64,000 nt of DNA from Elsinoe ampelina (GCA_010093995.1 ML992508.1:282506-346505); one strand, 5' to 3'. Shown: positions 32,113 to 45,837, counted from the stretch's first letter. A program made the numbers and translations. The notes: generated by a model from the sequence alone, not told the origin.

Positions 32113-34612
32113 TGCGAAGCTGATGTGCCTCGACGACGGCGCTCCGTGATGATATCCATGGTCCTTTGGCGTCGAAGTCGTCTCGTGGGATATGGTGTCC
32201 ATTTCAGGCTCCGCATCCTGGTCCGGGATACTCGTCCGCGCAGGTTGTCGAACAGATCGATCACTGTTTGGATTGTCCAGCGCACAGGATAGGTAAGCTT
32301 GCGCCATCTCCTGACGCTTTGTAGACCATCTGCGGCTTGCAGCTCGTCCAAGGTGTTCATGTGAGACTGCAACGCCCACTGTGTTCTTGTCAGCCGGTGC
32401 TAATGGGATGAAAAGCAGCACACCTACCTCTGATACGACATATACCAGGCCTGCACACATAGCAACACTGCCCACTACCGTCCCTTCCGCCCAGTATGCT
32501 AAGAGATTTGGGGTGTCCGTGATATCGTTTTGCGTAAAGTCAAAGTATCCGCCGATACCCAGCTCCCAAGAACTGGACAAGCACTCGCAGCGCTTGTAAA
32601 TGCCGAAGGTCTGCGAGACAACGATGTATATCAACCAGCACATGTTAAGGAATTCGCCAAGGATCAGAAACTTCTCCAATGTTTTGCGGAAAGCATAAGG
32701 CTCGAACCTCTCGTACTCTGACTCAAGGTAGTACGCTCTTGCCGCGGCATGCCTGGCATTTGTGTTGTACGAGTCTCGATTAAGCTCGCCATTTTTCCAG
32801 ATTTCGAATTGTGTGGTAGGATCTGCTTGCGCCGCGTAGGCCTGTGGGGGCATAGCAGGACTGGGGTTCCGCGAGGAATATGATGTTGTATCCTGGCTGA
32901 GCTCCCGTACATGAAGATACGCAGGTTTGGGACACGTCTGTAGCTCTAGCGACCGAGATGGACGGGCGGTTGTCGACGAGGTCCTTGGCCGGCCTGGTGG
33001 CAGTTTTGGAGACGGTGGCTTCGTTGAGGGAAACACTCTATGCCAGAGCGCAGGAATCTTTGTCCATTCGATCCACCAAATCAACAGCTCGGCCAGCATG
33101 AGTAGTACAGACATGACCACGAAGATCATGTAGCCGCCGCTTCTGCAGCCCAGACCGACGGTAGGTGTGTTGTAGGATATGATGAATGCACCGAAGCAAG
33201 TGCCACCAACGATGACAGAGGCACTCAGGATTTGCCAAAGCTCTCGAGGGTCATACCAGATCAGACCTTTTTCGGCACCAACATGACCAAGTACAAGATT
33301 TGCGCGAGCTTCTTTCTCATCGCGAAGCCAGTCTCGACCCTGTTCAGCGATGTAGATGTCCTCGATATCGGAGAGGATCGGATGAGCAGCTCCATAGTGC
33401 CAACGAACACGACCTTGACCAGCAAATCCATTGAAGAATCTAACTCCGTGCTTCGTGAGGGTCCTGCACAAGCGACGAATCTCCTCGAGACCTTTGTCTA
33501 TGTTGCGACCTGCTGGGTGTCCTACTAGATTCACATTACTGATGTTCCAGCCACGGGTTTGGGTGTCTTTGTATGCGGCAAAGATGTCTTCATCCAACAG
33601 GGCATTCGCAGTGGCGCGGACGAGGTCGTTCATATCCTGCATGGCTCCATCGGGATCCGTAGGGTTTCGGTCGACGATAGAGCAGAGGACGAGTACCGGC
33701 AGCCAAGCAAGGACCAGACCCAGGGCGAGGTCGTGAGCGACGGCATTCTCTCCCAGCTGACCAAAGGCTGATTGGATGGACAGACCCAGGGCGAAGAGAA
33801 ACCATCCCGTTGAGACGAAGACTGGAACGATACCTCTCCTTCTGCGAACTCGCAAATTGTGTGCCAGTTTGCGGCGCTCGTCTACTAGCTTCTTCTCGAC
33901 AAAATTGTTGCCGTTGCAATCGCAGGTAGCCTTCAAAGGCAGATCTTTGCTGAACAGCATGATTCGAAGCAAGCCCTCAGCAGCGCCTCCACCCCACAGT
34001 GGTTCCTCGTCAGGATTGTCGGATAACAGTCTCTTGAACCGGGACATCATGAATTGATTCATGGCACCCAGGATGAACAAGGAGTCTCGCATGTCGTAGA
34101 AGTCCTGCTTCTGACCATCGTCTGGTCCGGTAATCAGGGTGGACATGTCGACTGGATGTATTAGCCTAGTGGATTAAGCCTTAGATGCTTACATACCCAT
34201 TGCAGCACATTTCCCAAGCACTCTGACATTCCACAAGGTGTATGACAGAGATGCGATTGGGGAGCCTACCCATCTCGCGATGGCCTCAACAGTCTTCCAT
34301 GTCTTGTTTGACTCGAACGGAGCTTGCAATCTGTGATATCAGCCCTGATCGTACCTAGAACAATTTCACTCACAGGACACCTATAATCGGTAAGATCCAA
34401 GTCGTGATCGTATTCGAGGCATCGCCCCAGTCGTAGAATTGTGGTGTCGCGCCGCACAGAGCTTTGCATCCCTCGTAGGTGATTTGGCTCCGTGGATTTG
34501 GAGGTATGCCTACCGGTATGCCTCTATAAGCCCAGTTCAGTATCGTGGTGTTGCCTGCGTCGTAGCCCGCCTGAAATTCTGCATGGCAATGGGTGAAGTT
34601 CGTGCGGACCAT
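32067..34612 (-). CDS. Uncharacterised multi-pass membrane protein, multi-exon
   Basis: Long ORF 32032-34146 with several TM segments (VPVFVSTGWFLFALG, HDLALGLVLAWLP, TVGLGCRSGGY). Upstream exons start at ATG 34612; after an intron near 32381-32428 the last exon stops at 32067. Exon boundaries are approximate. Confidence 0.75.
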
Positions 34613-36144
34613 GGCTAGTTTGGCAATGGAAATTATAGTTCGATATCTTGATCCTCAAATTGAAGCTCATTAGTTTGACAAGTCACCGTCATGCAAGGCA
34701 AAGCGTCCGCGACCTCGAGCAAGGCGCCGGCGATCTGCTGGCTGCGGAAGTCAAGCAGGTGATTTGGAGATGAGCATGAACATGATCAAAGCTCACAAAC
34801 GATAGTTACTACCTGTCAATCATGTAGAAAATCGTTGCTACCTCCCTCATCACATGCGTGGCACGGTGGGTAAGCGCGCGACAACGACATGAGCGGCGTG
34901 GCGTCAGTAGTGTAGGCAATTCGGCGAAAACCCACATGCACGACAGACAGGCTGCAGATGTGGCGTTGGAGGGCGATTGTTGATAGGTCCGGGGATCATC
35001 GTGTGCTGGCCAGACCAAGAGAATAGCGTGGCGGTCTGCAAATGTCCAAGGAGCTCACCATTGCCTTTTTCTGGTGTGCGTGGAAAAATGATGATTTTGC
35101 AAGAATGAGACGCGAAACACTGCGCCCAAGACCATTCTGATTCTGCCTATTCGTCCGCGAAATTCCGCACTGCCAGTCAAGGGCACATCGCTCAAGAACG
35201 GTGAGACTCCGACACCGACTATGGACGTACAAGACCGAGCAGCATAGCTCTCTCAAGGTATCTGACATACGTTTGAAATCTTGCAAGTACCATCGAATCT
35301 AGTTCTTTCCGTCTGCGTTCCAGCATTATGGCCAGCGAATCTGCACTATCTTCCTCCTCTACTTTGAGCTCGTGGATTGAGCAGCTGCACAATCAGATTT
35401 TCACCCAACCCGACAACGGGATCATAACGTGCGCCTACAAACAGCTAGTTGCTCCTTTTACTGCCAGGTGGGTATCGCGCCGCAGAGCTCTGGCAAGATC
35501 GAGAGCCACAGCATGCTGACATCCCCTTTTTAGGATCAATCAAGACCAGTTTACCCGGCAGAAATATTCCATGCAAGTATCATTGCCTCGTACACAACGT
35601 AGGCAGGACTTCTGCCGCGATGACACCATGTGTATAGTTATTGAATTTTAGCTTGATATGAGATGACTATGTCAGTAACATTTCATACCAACATTATTTG
35701 CTGCGCATGATATAGACGTGCCTCCCATAGTGAGGTTGCAGTTTGTATGACTCGGTCAACATTCTGCTTGCCCACCGTGCGGACCCAACTTGTAAGGTTA
35801 TTGGTTTTTCGCACTTCTATAAAGTGACAGCTTCCGAGCCCAGGATCTTGGGTTCAACCATATCAAGGCGATCGGGAGGGGAACGCCTAGGGCTTTCCTC
35901 CACAAATCACGGGGGCCTTTCAGTTTAAAAGATACTCCGTCGAGGTTCCCCGCCGGCCCTCGTCTGTGAAATAACTTCCGCTCTCTTCTTGTGATACTCG
36001 ATCTTGCCGCCTTTTGGAAGGTCACGAACCATGTTCGGTACTAAATAAACCGACTTCGCAGTTCTGCGTAGGTTTTGAATGCAATAATAAGAGATTGTGG
36101 CCATCATGGTTGGTAGGTCATTTCTTCTCTTATTCCTTCCTATA

Positions 36145-37692
36145 ATGCTACCAGGATGGGCTCTCTTATGTTCGTTATTAGCGGCGGTCGTCGCAGCTAA
36201 TGTTACCGGAAGACAAGACAGGTTGTGCGTTGTTAAGTCGGGCGGTAGCAATGAGACAGACGATGCCCCTGCTATTCTCGAGGCTTTCGTGCAGTGCGGC
36301 AAGGATGCTACGGTGGTCTTTGAGCCCACTACCTACTATGTCAACTCGGTCCTGAACGTGACATGGTTGCAAAATGTCAATATCGACTTGCAAGGGACAC
36401 TTTCTGTAAGTTGTCAAACCTCACAATGACGACGGCATACTGATCATCTCCAGTGGGGGACAAACATAACGTATTGGCTCAAGAACTCGCTCCCTGTAGG
36501 TTATCAGAATCAATCCACTGCGTTCATCCTGGGCGGCGACAAAGTCACCATCGACGGACATGGACGAGGCACTTTCGATGGCAACGGGGACGTATGGTAT
36601 CGCTTCATTCGACAACAACCCAATACGTCCAACTATCCAGGTCGGCCACACGCCATCACCTTCAATGGCCTCACCAACTCCGTTGTCAAAGGAGTCAATT
36701 TCCTTCGGAGTCAGATGTGGTAAGTGTGAGATAGACAACATACAAGTGGCGACTACTGATCAAATTCGACAGGACAATGAGCATTATCCACAGCCATAAC
36801 AACGAGTTTGACAGCATCTTCGTCAACAACACCGGCAATTCTGCCCAGAGCTGTAAGTCGATGTAGACTGATGCAGTCAGAGGATACAGATACTGACCGG
36901 ACAAGCTAACACCGACGGTGCGGATACCTTCTTCTCTTCGAACATCAGGTTCAACAATTGGACCGTCTACAACGGAGACGACAGCATCTCGACGAAAGCA
37001 AATAGCACCGACATCAGCATCACCAACTCAAAGTTCTACAACGGGCTTGGTATCGCCCTAGGCAGTATCGGCCAATACAAGGGTAACTTTGAAACCATCG
37101 AAAGACTCCACATCGAGAACATCACATTTGTCAACACTCTGCACGCAGTAAATCATGACCCCTACTGGAGAAAAGACACCAGCTAATCCGCCAGATCTAC
37201 GTCAAAACCTGGACCAACGACCAAGTCGGCTACCCCCCCAACGGCGGCGGCGGCGGTCTCGGCTGTAAGCCCCCCCATTCCCCATCCCCTGCCCCTTCCC
37301 TACCCTCGCCCATCGCTAAGCCTCCCCAAGTCGCCTCGGACATCACCGCCCGCAACCTCGCCATCACCCGCTCCCGCGGCGGCGTCTTCACCGCCTCGCA
37401 ATGCACGCGCTTCTCCGGCGCCCCTGGCGTGGGCAACTGCACCAACTCGGCCTTCCAGATCCGAAACGTCGAGATACGGAACGCGACTGGGACGACGAAC
37501 AATAAGAATATCTTGAGTTTTCAGTGTAGTGCTGTGGCGCCGTGTACGAATATTGGGTTGTTTGATGTTGATATCAGGTTGGGGAATGGGACGATGGCGA
37601 GGGATTATTTGTGTGGGAATTTGGTGGGGCCGAGGGGGTTTGAGTGTACCGGGTTGCCGTGTGTGGGGGGGAGTGCGACGGGGGGGTGTTGA
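36145..37692 (+). CDS. Glycoside hydrolase family 28 (exo-polygalacturonase / exo-rhamnogalacturonase RgxB-like), multi-exon
   Basis: Signal peptide, DDAPAILEAF..C, DGNG..WY, NTDG, GDD, GLGIALGSIG, YVKTW and a Cys-rich C-terminus. Several short introns. Alternative ATG at 36106. Confidence 0.9.
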
Positions 37693-37858
37693 GGTGGTAG
37701 GGTAGGGTATGGGCAGATGGTGGGAGGTTTGGGATGGATGTGGGTTTATGCATCTTGGAATTGGACGGGACGGTCGTAGTACTCATCATAGTCTAATGGC
37801 TCTGTCTACAGAATGGGAGAATCAGAGACCGGCTTGGTCCATCCCAAGTGGCTCTGGC

Positions 37859-38788
37859 TCACTGACCTTCTGCTTTGCTCTTCAGCAGCGGCTCTATTTC
37901 ATCCTTTTTCTGCTTCAACTCATCCTCCAGGATTGGTCGTGGGATCTCCAATGCATCCAGCGTCCGAGTGTAAGTGATGCCTCCCATTCTCGCGATAGGT
38001 CGCAGAACTTCTGGGTCAATCAAGTTGCGGTCCTCATTGATGGCATCCTCCCTCACCCAGAAGTTGGTGCCTTCGATTACTGCTAGGGTACCAGTCTTCT
38101 TCCCAGGCGTGGATCTGCTTTCAAATTCCTGAGTGTTGAGAAGCTTGCCTTCGATGCTGAAAACCGCCTCCTTGACTCTTGAAGGCTTGACTGTCGTTGA
38201 TGGTGCCGGGTGGAGCCCCGTCACTGCCCATTCCGAAGTGCCATACGGAGTGTTGATGGCGGTTGCGTTTGCTGCTTCAACGAAGTGCTCGGAGATGATG
38301 TTGATGACGCACTCTCCCGTCTCCAGCAGGTTCTTCAAGGTATCTTTCGCGTTGGCCTTGCTGCTGGCGAATCCGATGGTGAAAACTGGAGGATCATGGT
38401 TGACTACCTGAGTGTAACTGAAGGGGGCCAGGTTGGTGCTCTCGCCGTCCTTTGAGGATGTGCTGATGAAACCAATGGGACGGGGGACAATACCCGATAT
38501 GAGAAGCTTGTAGTTGGCCACGGCTGGTCGTCCCTCTGCGTATGGGTTGATCTCCACATGGTCCTTCTTGAGGCTTTCGCCGCCGTCATTGGCCCCTGAT
38601 CCGTACTTCCAGCTTGGATCTTTGGTTTTGGTATATGTGAACTTCTTCGATTGGTCCCAATCGGGCCTCGACGCCTGGACTTTGCTAAAGTCTCCGTGAG
38701 GGTTTCGCTTCACGGATTTTTCTGCATCAAGGTGCTCTTCGTTTGGCAAGCTCGCCTTTGCTGATGAGTCGGCTGATGGGGGTGCCAT
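37859..38788 (-). CDS. Flavin reductase-like (FMN-binding split barrel) protein
   Basis: YKLLISGIVPRPIGFIST, NLAPFSY, KDTLKN..ETGECVINII and RPIARMGGITY. Start at 38788 or 38860. Confidence 0.9.
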   Translation of the reverse strand: MAPPSADSSAKASLPNEEHLDAEKSVKRNPHGDFSKVQASRPDWDQSKKFTYTKTKDPSWKYGSGANDGGESLKKDHVEINPYAEGRPAVANYKLLISGIVPRPIGFISTSSKDGESTNLAPFSYTQVVNHDPPVFTIGFASSKANAKDTLKNLLETGECVINIISEHFVEAANATAINTPYGTSEWAVTGLHPAPSTTVKPSRVKEAVFSIEGKLLNTQEFESRSTPGKKTGTLAVIEGTNFWVREDAINEDRNLIDPEVLRPIARMGGITYTRTLDALEIPRPILEDELKQKKDEIEPLLKSKAEGQ

Positions 38789-39069
38789 TGACCCCGATAA
38801 TTCAAGTGATCTGTGGGATGCGTGTCTAGGATCCTCGAAGTATATATGAGTATCGGGCAAAATACCTCATCATCGAAGGCCGTATCTACCCACGCTGCCG
38901 TTCATGACGTCGGGGCCGATTCACCCACTCTGCGGCACATTTCCGCTTCAGCGAGTGCGCCTACTCTATTCTTCCTTTCATCCCCTAATGCGGTGAAAAT
39001 TTTCAGTGACTTTTAGCGTCGGCCTCAGCCGCCTTCGATTTGTTAGTAATCAACACCAAAAAAGAAGGG

Positions 39070-41375
39070 ATCTGCAGTATTCTATAGTGACTAGCAGAAC
39101 CTCGTAAATAAAGCTAAAGAACTTAGTATAATAAGCTAATATTACTCTTATAAAGGTATAATAGCTTACTAATAGCTAATAAGAGTTACTTCTTATAATT
39201 ACCTCTTCCTCTAGCTCCTCCCTCTAGCTCTTATAATTCACCTCTAGTAGTTACTAGAGTCTCTTTTTAGCGTGTAGTAATAGAGGACTTTACTAGTTCT
39301 AATATTAAGAATAATATATACTTTATAGCGTATAAGGAGGCTAAGATAGCTAGAGCACCTATAGCTATAGAGGTACTAGCGCTAGCAGTTAAGGAGGAGA
39401 AGGAGAAGAAGGAGAAGGAGGCTAGTCCTATACTAGCGCTAGTAATAAGTAATAATTTACTAGGGGATAATTCTCTCTTTAAGCTAGTAAAACTTAACTA
39501 TTAAGATCGAGTAATTAAGCTACTACTAGAGTTAGATAAGGTTAACAAGAGTAACTAGCTAATTTGCCTATTCTAGTTGTTCTTTATAGACGAGTTATTT
39601 AAGTACCTTACTAATTATACTAATAGCTATACCTCTTTAAGAGGCGCTAGTAAATTAACTTCTATAGTAAAGAGACTATAACCTTAGAAGAAGATATTAA
39701 AGAGAGAGCTAATAATCTAGTTAGCTTAAATTATCTATTTTAGACTATACTAATAGTCGCTTATTACTAAGTATTAGAGTTATAATAATTAGAGGCTATA
39801 GTATCTTATTACTTAATATCTCTTACTTTAGTACTTCTAGTAATTAAAGCGCTTCTTCTACGTCTCTAATAAGCTTCTCTCTCTATCTTTAATATAGTAG
39901 TAATCTGTCTTTAACAAGGTAAAGAAGCTAGTAGAGTACCTCTTAGAGCACTAGTAATAGTATATTACTCTAGCCTTAGAGGTTATAATTAATAAGTCGA
40001 TAGTAAAGTTTAGTAGTCAATTATACTATACTTACCTAATAAAGAATAAGCTAATTATTAAAGGCTATAAGATACTTACTCTCTATAAGTATAGATATAC
40101 CTATACCTTTCTCTTTATAAGTAAATTATTGTCTTATTATAGCCTACTATTAATAAGGCTACTAGAGGTAAGTAGTATAGAACTATTATAAACTTTATAT
40201 ACTATAATTTACCTTATATACTAATTGCTAAGGATACTCTATCGGTTTGCTCTATTCTATAATAACCTCTTTAGTAATATACTACTCTTTATTATACTTT
40301 AATAACTAAGTGTTAGCGCTACTAGTATAGTAAGGCTAACCTCTAAGTTCTATCTAAAGGCATATAGTTAGATTAATAAGAAGAAGTTACGCCTTAAATA
40401 GGGCTAATTAAGTACAATTTTATCTTTATAAACGAGCGCTTAAATAACTACTTTACCTCTTTAGATAGAGGAGTTAGTTTACTCTATCCTCTAGTAAGAT
40501 TACCTTCTTATTTAATTTCTTACTACACTTTACAAACTACGCGAACTACTAGAAGCTATCCGCTACTAGCTAATAGTCTACTACTAAGATAAGTAGTTTA
40601 AAGAGTATATATAGAAGATATAGAGTAAGGTAGCTAAGAGGTTACTTTAGCTACTAGTAGTAGTAGTTAGCTATAACTATTTTATAGGCTTAGTAGATAT
40701 TACTAATTAATATAGAGCTACTTATTTGCTTTAACTAAAGGCCTTACAAAATTAGCTACTACTCTTCTTTTAGCTACTAGAGTGTTCTATTATTAACGCC
40801 TTCTAAATTAGTACTTAAATCTATAGAGATAGTTTAGAGTATAGTTACTACACTATCTATAGACTCTTCTACTATTAATTAGCTTAGTCTTTACTAGATA
40901 AGGGCATTAGATTAATAGAGGCTAAGTAGCCTCTAAACGTTATATAGTTATAAATAAAAGCTAGAGCGTAAGTTACTAGCAATAATTAATAGTTACACCG
41001 CTATAGTTATATAACAAAGAACACTAAGCTACTACTAGAGCGCCTTACTTAGCCTTACCTCTATTAAGTTACTAATGTATTAACTCTCTAACACTGCTAT
41101 TATTACTACTAGCTTAAAGCTTAAGGCTTAAAAGAGAAGATATACTAGACTTGTAAGAAGTGCTTAAGGTATAATAAACTACTCTATCTCTAAGACTAGT
41201 ACTTTAAGAAGTTTCACTAGTACTCCCTCTAGTAATGATAAATTATTCTTATTTCTATACCAATTAAAAGCGCTTAGCTTTAACTACAATCCGCTATTAC
41301 TCCGGCATTAATTAGTTATAGATTTATAAAGTTATTACACCTTGAATTATTAACGTTATTAAGCTTAAAGAGGTG
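39070..41375 (+). mobile_element. piggyBac-like DNA transposon remnant, RIP-inactivated; ends not resolved
   Basis: AT/TpA-rich block. Plus-strand remnants IKRFFYVS (~39844) and VIINKSIVKFSSQLYYTYLIKNKLIIKGYKILTL...YTYTF (~39982-40110) revert under RIP rules to the piggyBac-type motif VDESMVKF.GRS....MKNKPI.EGYKI. No matching TIR pair or TTAA TSD found. Confidence 0.8.
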
Positions 41376-42048
41376 AAGATTGCCGCCAAGAGCGTGATCA
41401 GCGCGATCGACGAGTGCTCCACTCACCAAAAACGCACGAGGGGATTCCGCTAATTTTCTGGATTACATGCCGAGCATATCGAGACTGACAGCAATCCATA
41501 AGCATGGGAGCGGATCCAGGATGACAATCGTGGGCCGATCTTGGCCCACTGATTAACGGTGCTTCGATATTGAAGTGCAATGCGAACAAGTTGTCGTCGC
41601 GCTATCCCAGCAATGCCCGCTCCGGTATTGGGAAGCACTTGAGGGAAAAGGAAACAGAATGACCCGTCGGCTCATTGCTCATGCTTAATGGTAATCATTT
41701 GATGAGCTAGCTTTGCAGGAGTGCGTTGGACAATTCGACAGCGAGGCTTTCGGTGACCAGTTGCCGCAACCTGATCCCGGGGCAACACAATCGATGCGGC
41801 GAATATGTTCTTCCCTCGACCATCAACGCATCTGATCAGTCTCAGATATGTCAATGTATCATCTGTTAAGGAGCGAAGAACCAAAGATGCGGCGAGTCAG
41901 TGGCGGTTGGCGGCGTGAGAAGGCTGTCTTGGCACTGGTTGACCCCCTCAAGCCTCCGATTCTACTTGAGCCTTCATTGTGATCCTTCCATGTCTTTGCT
42001 CGTCCAACTCGACCTTTGTCACTCCTTTCGTCTCCTAGTAGATGGGCC

Positions 42049-44162
42049 ATGGCCGCGCTGGTGAGCAAAAGAGCACAGGCGCGGAACGAGAAGGCTCTCC
42101 AGGAGCTCATCTCGTCTGTGCCTGGTAATGGCCAATGTGCCGACTGCGGAGCAAAGAATCCAGGTAAGTCACGCGCCTCTTTCAGCATGTAGTGATACTG
42201 ACAGACAACACAGGATGGGCGAGCTGGAGTGTGGGTCGCATCTCCGAATAACATCCAGGATAACCAATTGACTCGTGAACAGCTTGGAATCTTCCTCTGC
42301 GTGAGATGCGCATCACTACACCGGAAATTGGGGACACACATCTCAAAGGTCAAATCTTTGAGCATGGATAGCTGGAACGCGGAGCAGGTGGATGTGCGTG
42401 CTGCTCTACACATATTGGACTACAGCTCTAATCAGATCAGACCATGAAGCGAGTTGGTAACACGACCTCGAACCGAACATTCAATCCGAAGAATGTCAAA
42501 CCCTCGATACCGGTGGACGTGGACGAGGCGGACGGCGTCATGGAACGCTTCATACGGCAAAAGTACGAGCACAGAGCATTCATATCAGGCGCTCAACCAG
42601 CGAGACAACGGGCTGGCAGCCACTCTTCAGACGACGGACATCGACCACCACTTCCGCCAAAACCTGGCAAGAAGTTCGGCTTCGGTCTCCGCTCAACAAG
42701 CTCAGTGATACCACGCCGAGATAATGAGAAGTTCACACCGCCGCTGTCGCCCAGCTACACAGGTTCCAATGGTAGCGCTTCGCCCGCCAAGGCAAACAAG
42801 CAGTCCCGAGTCTTGGGATCTACAGTCGGCAACCAGGATGATGACTTCGATGCAAAGCTGGCGACACTGAGGGATATGGGATTCAAGGACACCCGGCGCA
42901 ATTCGACCATTCTGAAGAGCTTGGGTGGAAATGTTGATCGGACAGTCGAGGCTTTGGTCAGAATCGGGGAGACGAGCAAACCACCTTCTGGGACTATCAC
43001 ACCTGTTTCCGCTGGCAGTGCAGCAAATGGTCTTACGGTAGAGAAGCGAAGGACGAACGAGGGAAGCATGGGCAACCCATTCGATGCCTTGGACAATCAG
43101 CCACAGCAGACGCAACAGCGGTCGGTGACGATGCCGGTACAACAAGCTGCAGGAGCGCAGCAATTCATGCCTCAGCAAGCCTACAACCCATACCAACAAC
43201 CACAAGCCTACCCTTCCCAACAGGATCAGCTCTCACTACACACTGGATTTCAGAATCTCCAGGTGTCTCAGCCTAGCCAATACACCGCGTCCCCTGCAAC
43301 TAATTACGCTTCGAATCCTTTCCTACCTCAACCGCAGCAATCGCAGCAACCTCAAGCAGTCATGTCACCGTCTTTTCAAGCGCCGCAATACGATCAATCT
43401 CAGCAACCCGAACCCTCAAATCCGTTCTTACGACGAGTACAATCACAGACTTTCCAGCCCAACCCGTGGGGACAACAGATGGCACCCCAACGGACGCAGT
43501 CTCCGGCCGCCAATCCTTGGATGCCACAGCAGCAACAGCAATTTGTCCAGACCCCACAGGCACAATCGCCCATGGGATACTCACAAGCACAAGACGGCTT
43601 CTCTGCTCCCGCACAGCAGCCGCAAGCACAGCAAAGCCCCATGTACAGCGGCAACAACCCCTTCAACTCCCAACCAGGACTGCCACAATCAACCACCCCT
43701 TCCAACACCCAACAACAACCCTTCGAATCCCCTGCTGCATTCGCACCACAATCACCCTTCGGCTTCGCCCCCCAACAACCACAACAACCGCAACAACCGT
43801 ACTTCCAACAACCACAAGCCCAGCAATACTTTCCCCAACAACAAAATACCTATCCCCCTGCTTCCCAATCTCCCGCTCCAGCTCCATACCGGCACGACAA
43901 ATCCTCCATCCTAGCGTTATACAGCCAACCCCATCTCGCACCGTCAAGACCCCTGGGCTCTCTACCGGAAGATACATCCCAGCAGCCAGCACCGCAACGG
44001 AGCGTGACCATGCCGCATGGTATGTCTCTGGCAGGGGGCAATATGAATCCTTTCGCAGCGAATGGTGGCCAGCAGGGGTATGCCATGAACGGACAGCAGC
44101 AACCGCAGGCGTTAGCGGGTGCAGGGCAACCGGATGCATTCGGATGGTTGAATCAAGGGTAA
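42049..44162 (+). CDS. ArfGAP domain + UBA domain protein (Gts1/Ucp3-like), multi-exon
   Basis: PGNGQCADCGAKNPG|WASWS|LGIFLCVRCASLHRKLGTHISKVKSLSMDSW, FIRQKYE, UBA-like LRDMGF...GGNVDRTVEAL, NPF motifs and DKSSILALY. Confidence 0.92.
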
Positions 44163-45091
44163 TGGTGAGGAAGGGAGGTGGGGCAAAGCATCTACAGAGT
44201 AATCTAATTTTACAAGCTTTTATTTAGCGAGCCGAATATCGGACGGGAGATTTGGAGTGGTGTTTGATTGCATGCATGTGGTGAATGATGTCCCTGATCT
44301 GAATACGGTGCGGAAATTGGCACAGCCTTGGCAAAAGCTTCTACAACCTCGAACAGCTTCACATAAACCTCTCATGCAAACATGTCTTGGGTAGCACGAA
44401 TGCACCAGCAGTCACGGTCCATCATAGGTAGGCGTGACGCTGTGTGCGGAAAGCATCGCGATGATGCTATGAATAGTACTTGCCCTCCATCTCTGCATGA
44501 TCGTATGAGGAGCAGGCTCCGAGCAGCCAATCAGAGATCTCTGCCAAGGATCAATTCGCGGTAGGGAATAACAACACTCACTAGGTCAGAGGTGAATTGA
44601 AAATAGAGCTCCGAAGCTTTGTGAGCATACCATCATACAACACTCTCACTGACAATGCGAGCAAGACAAATGGCTATACTAGCAGCTCAACTTGAACGAG
44701 CGAGAATGTAGCGGATCTCTTGATTTAGTGAATATTTCATAGTATTGAACTGATGAGACCCCTCTAGAAGCAAAGCTGATGACTTCTACGACATCCTACC
44801 GCGCACTGGACATAGAGTTCAGCAACCCAGCCGAGTCTAGGTTGCACGATCAGCTCAGGACACACGCCCAAAGTCACTGCGACACAACCATGGTCACGAT
44901 ACATCTGATACAAGGGTACCAATTCCTGATTCCAAGACTTCTAGAAGCTTGAGGACCGAGTCTATTTAAAGGTCAAGTCCGTCTCTCACTGTGTTCATCA
45001 TCATCGTCATCTTCATTATCGTCATCTCCTTCTTTTTCTTTACATCACTCGTCAATCCTCCATTAACAACACCATCGAAACATCACCAACC

Positions 45092-45680
45092 ATGCGTCTC
45101 CTCGCTCCCCTCGTCGCCCTGGCTGTGGCCGTCTCAGCAATGCCTGTTGTGGACGTCCAACAACGCGATGTTGAAGTCAGCAGCGCAGGCAATCTGGCCC
45201 GAGACATCCCGAGGTATGGATCTCAATCTGCAATCGACTCGATGATATTAAAACATGCCAGTGGACCCATCAGCTCCGAGAGTGAAGGTTCTGGCACTCA
45301 AGCACTCGTCAAGTAAGTTGTGATTGTGTGTGTCAAGGTGATTCGTCATGTGCGAATCGCAGCTTATTAGGCGCGATGGCAATTACGGATTTACGTTCAC
45401 GAACGGCCTGAGGGGAGCCGTCCGTAATATTGGAGGCGTGACAATCTCCATCGCTTTTCAAAGAACCGGTAACTGGCTCGTCCATTTCCACAATACTTTG
45501 GAGCGAGAAGTCACTGTGTACATCAAGGATCTCAATTTGAACTTGGACATCTTGGCTCACCCGATCTCATCTGGATTGGACTACACACAGACTGTCGCCA
45601 GGGGCATCGTCGCTTATGGGGACAAGGCTCAATTCACATGGTTTTATACTGAAAAGAACCCTCCTAAGACTATTGTCTAA
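45092..45680 (+). CDS. Small secreted Cys-free protein with propeptide and Kex2 site, 3 exons
   Basis: Signal peptide MRLLAPLVALAVAVSA. Two GT-AG introns (~45214-45261 and ~45313-45370) join the frame to ...LVKR|DGNYGFTFTNG...KTIV*. TATTTAAA at about 44963. Confidence 0.75.
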
Positions 45681-45837
45681 TAGCGCGGGAGTTGTAAGGG
45701 TTTTTCTTCCAGTCACTTTCGAAGAGCAATAGATCGTTTTGTTTCCCTACTAGACACTATTGTCTAATAGCGCGGGAGTTGTAGGGTTGTTTTTCCAGTC
45801 ACTTTCGAAGAGCAATAGATCGTTTTGTTTCCCTACT
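45669..45837. repeat. Two-copy tandem duplication, 87-bp period, starting at the last codons of the secreted-protein gene
   Basis: ACTATTGTCTAATAGCGCGGGAGTTGTA...TTTCCCTACT at 45669 and 45756. Confidence 0.9.
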
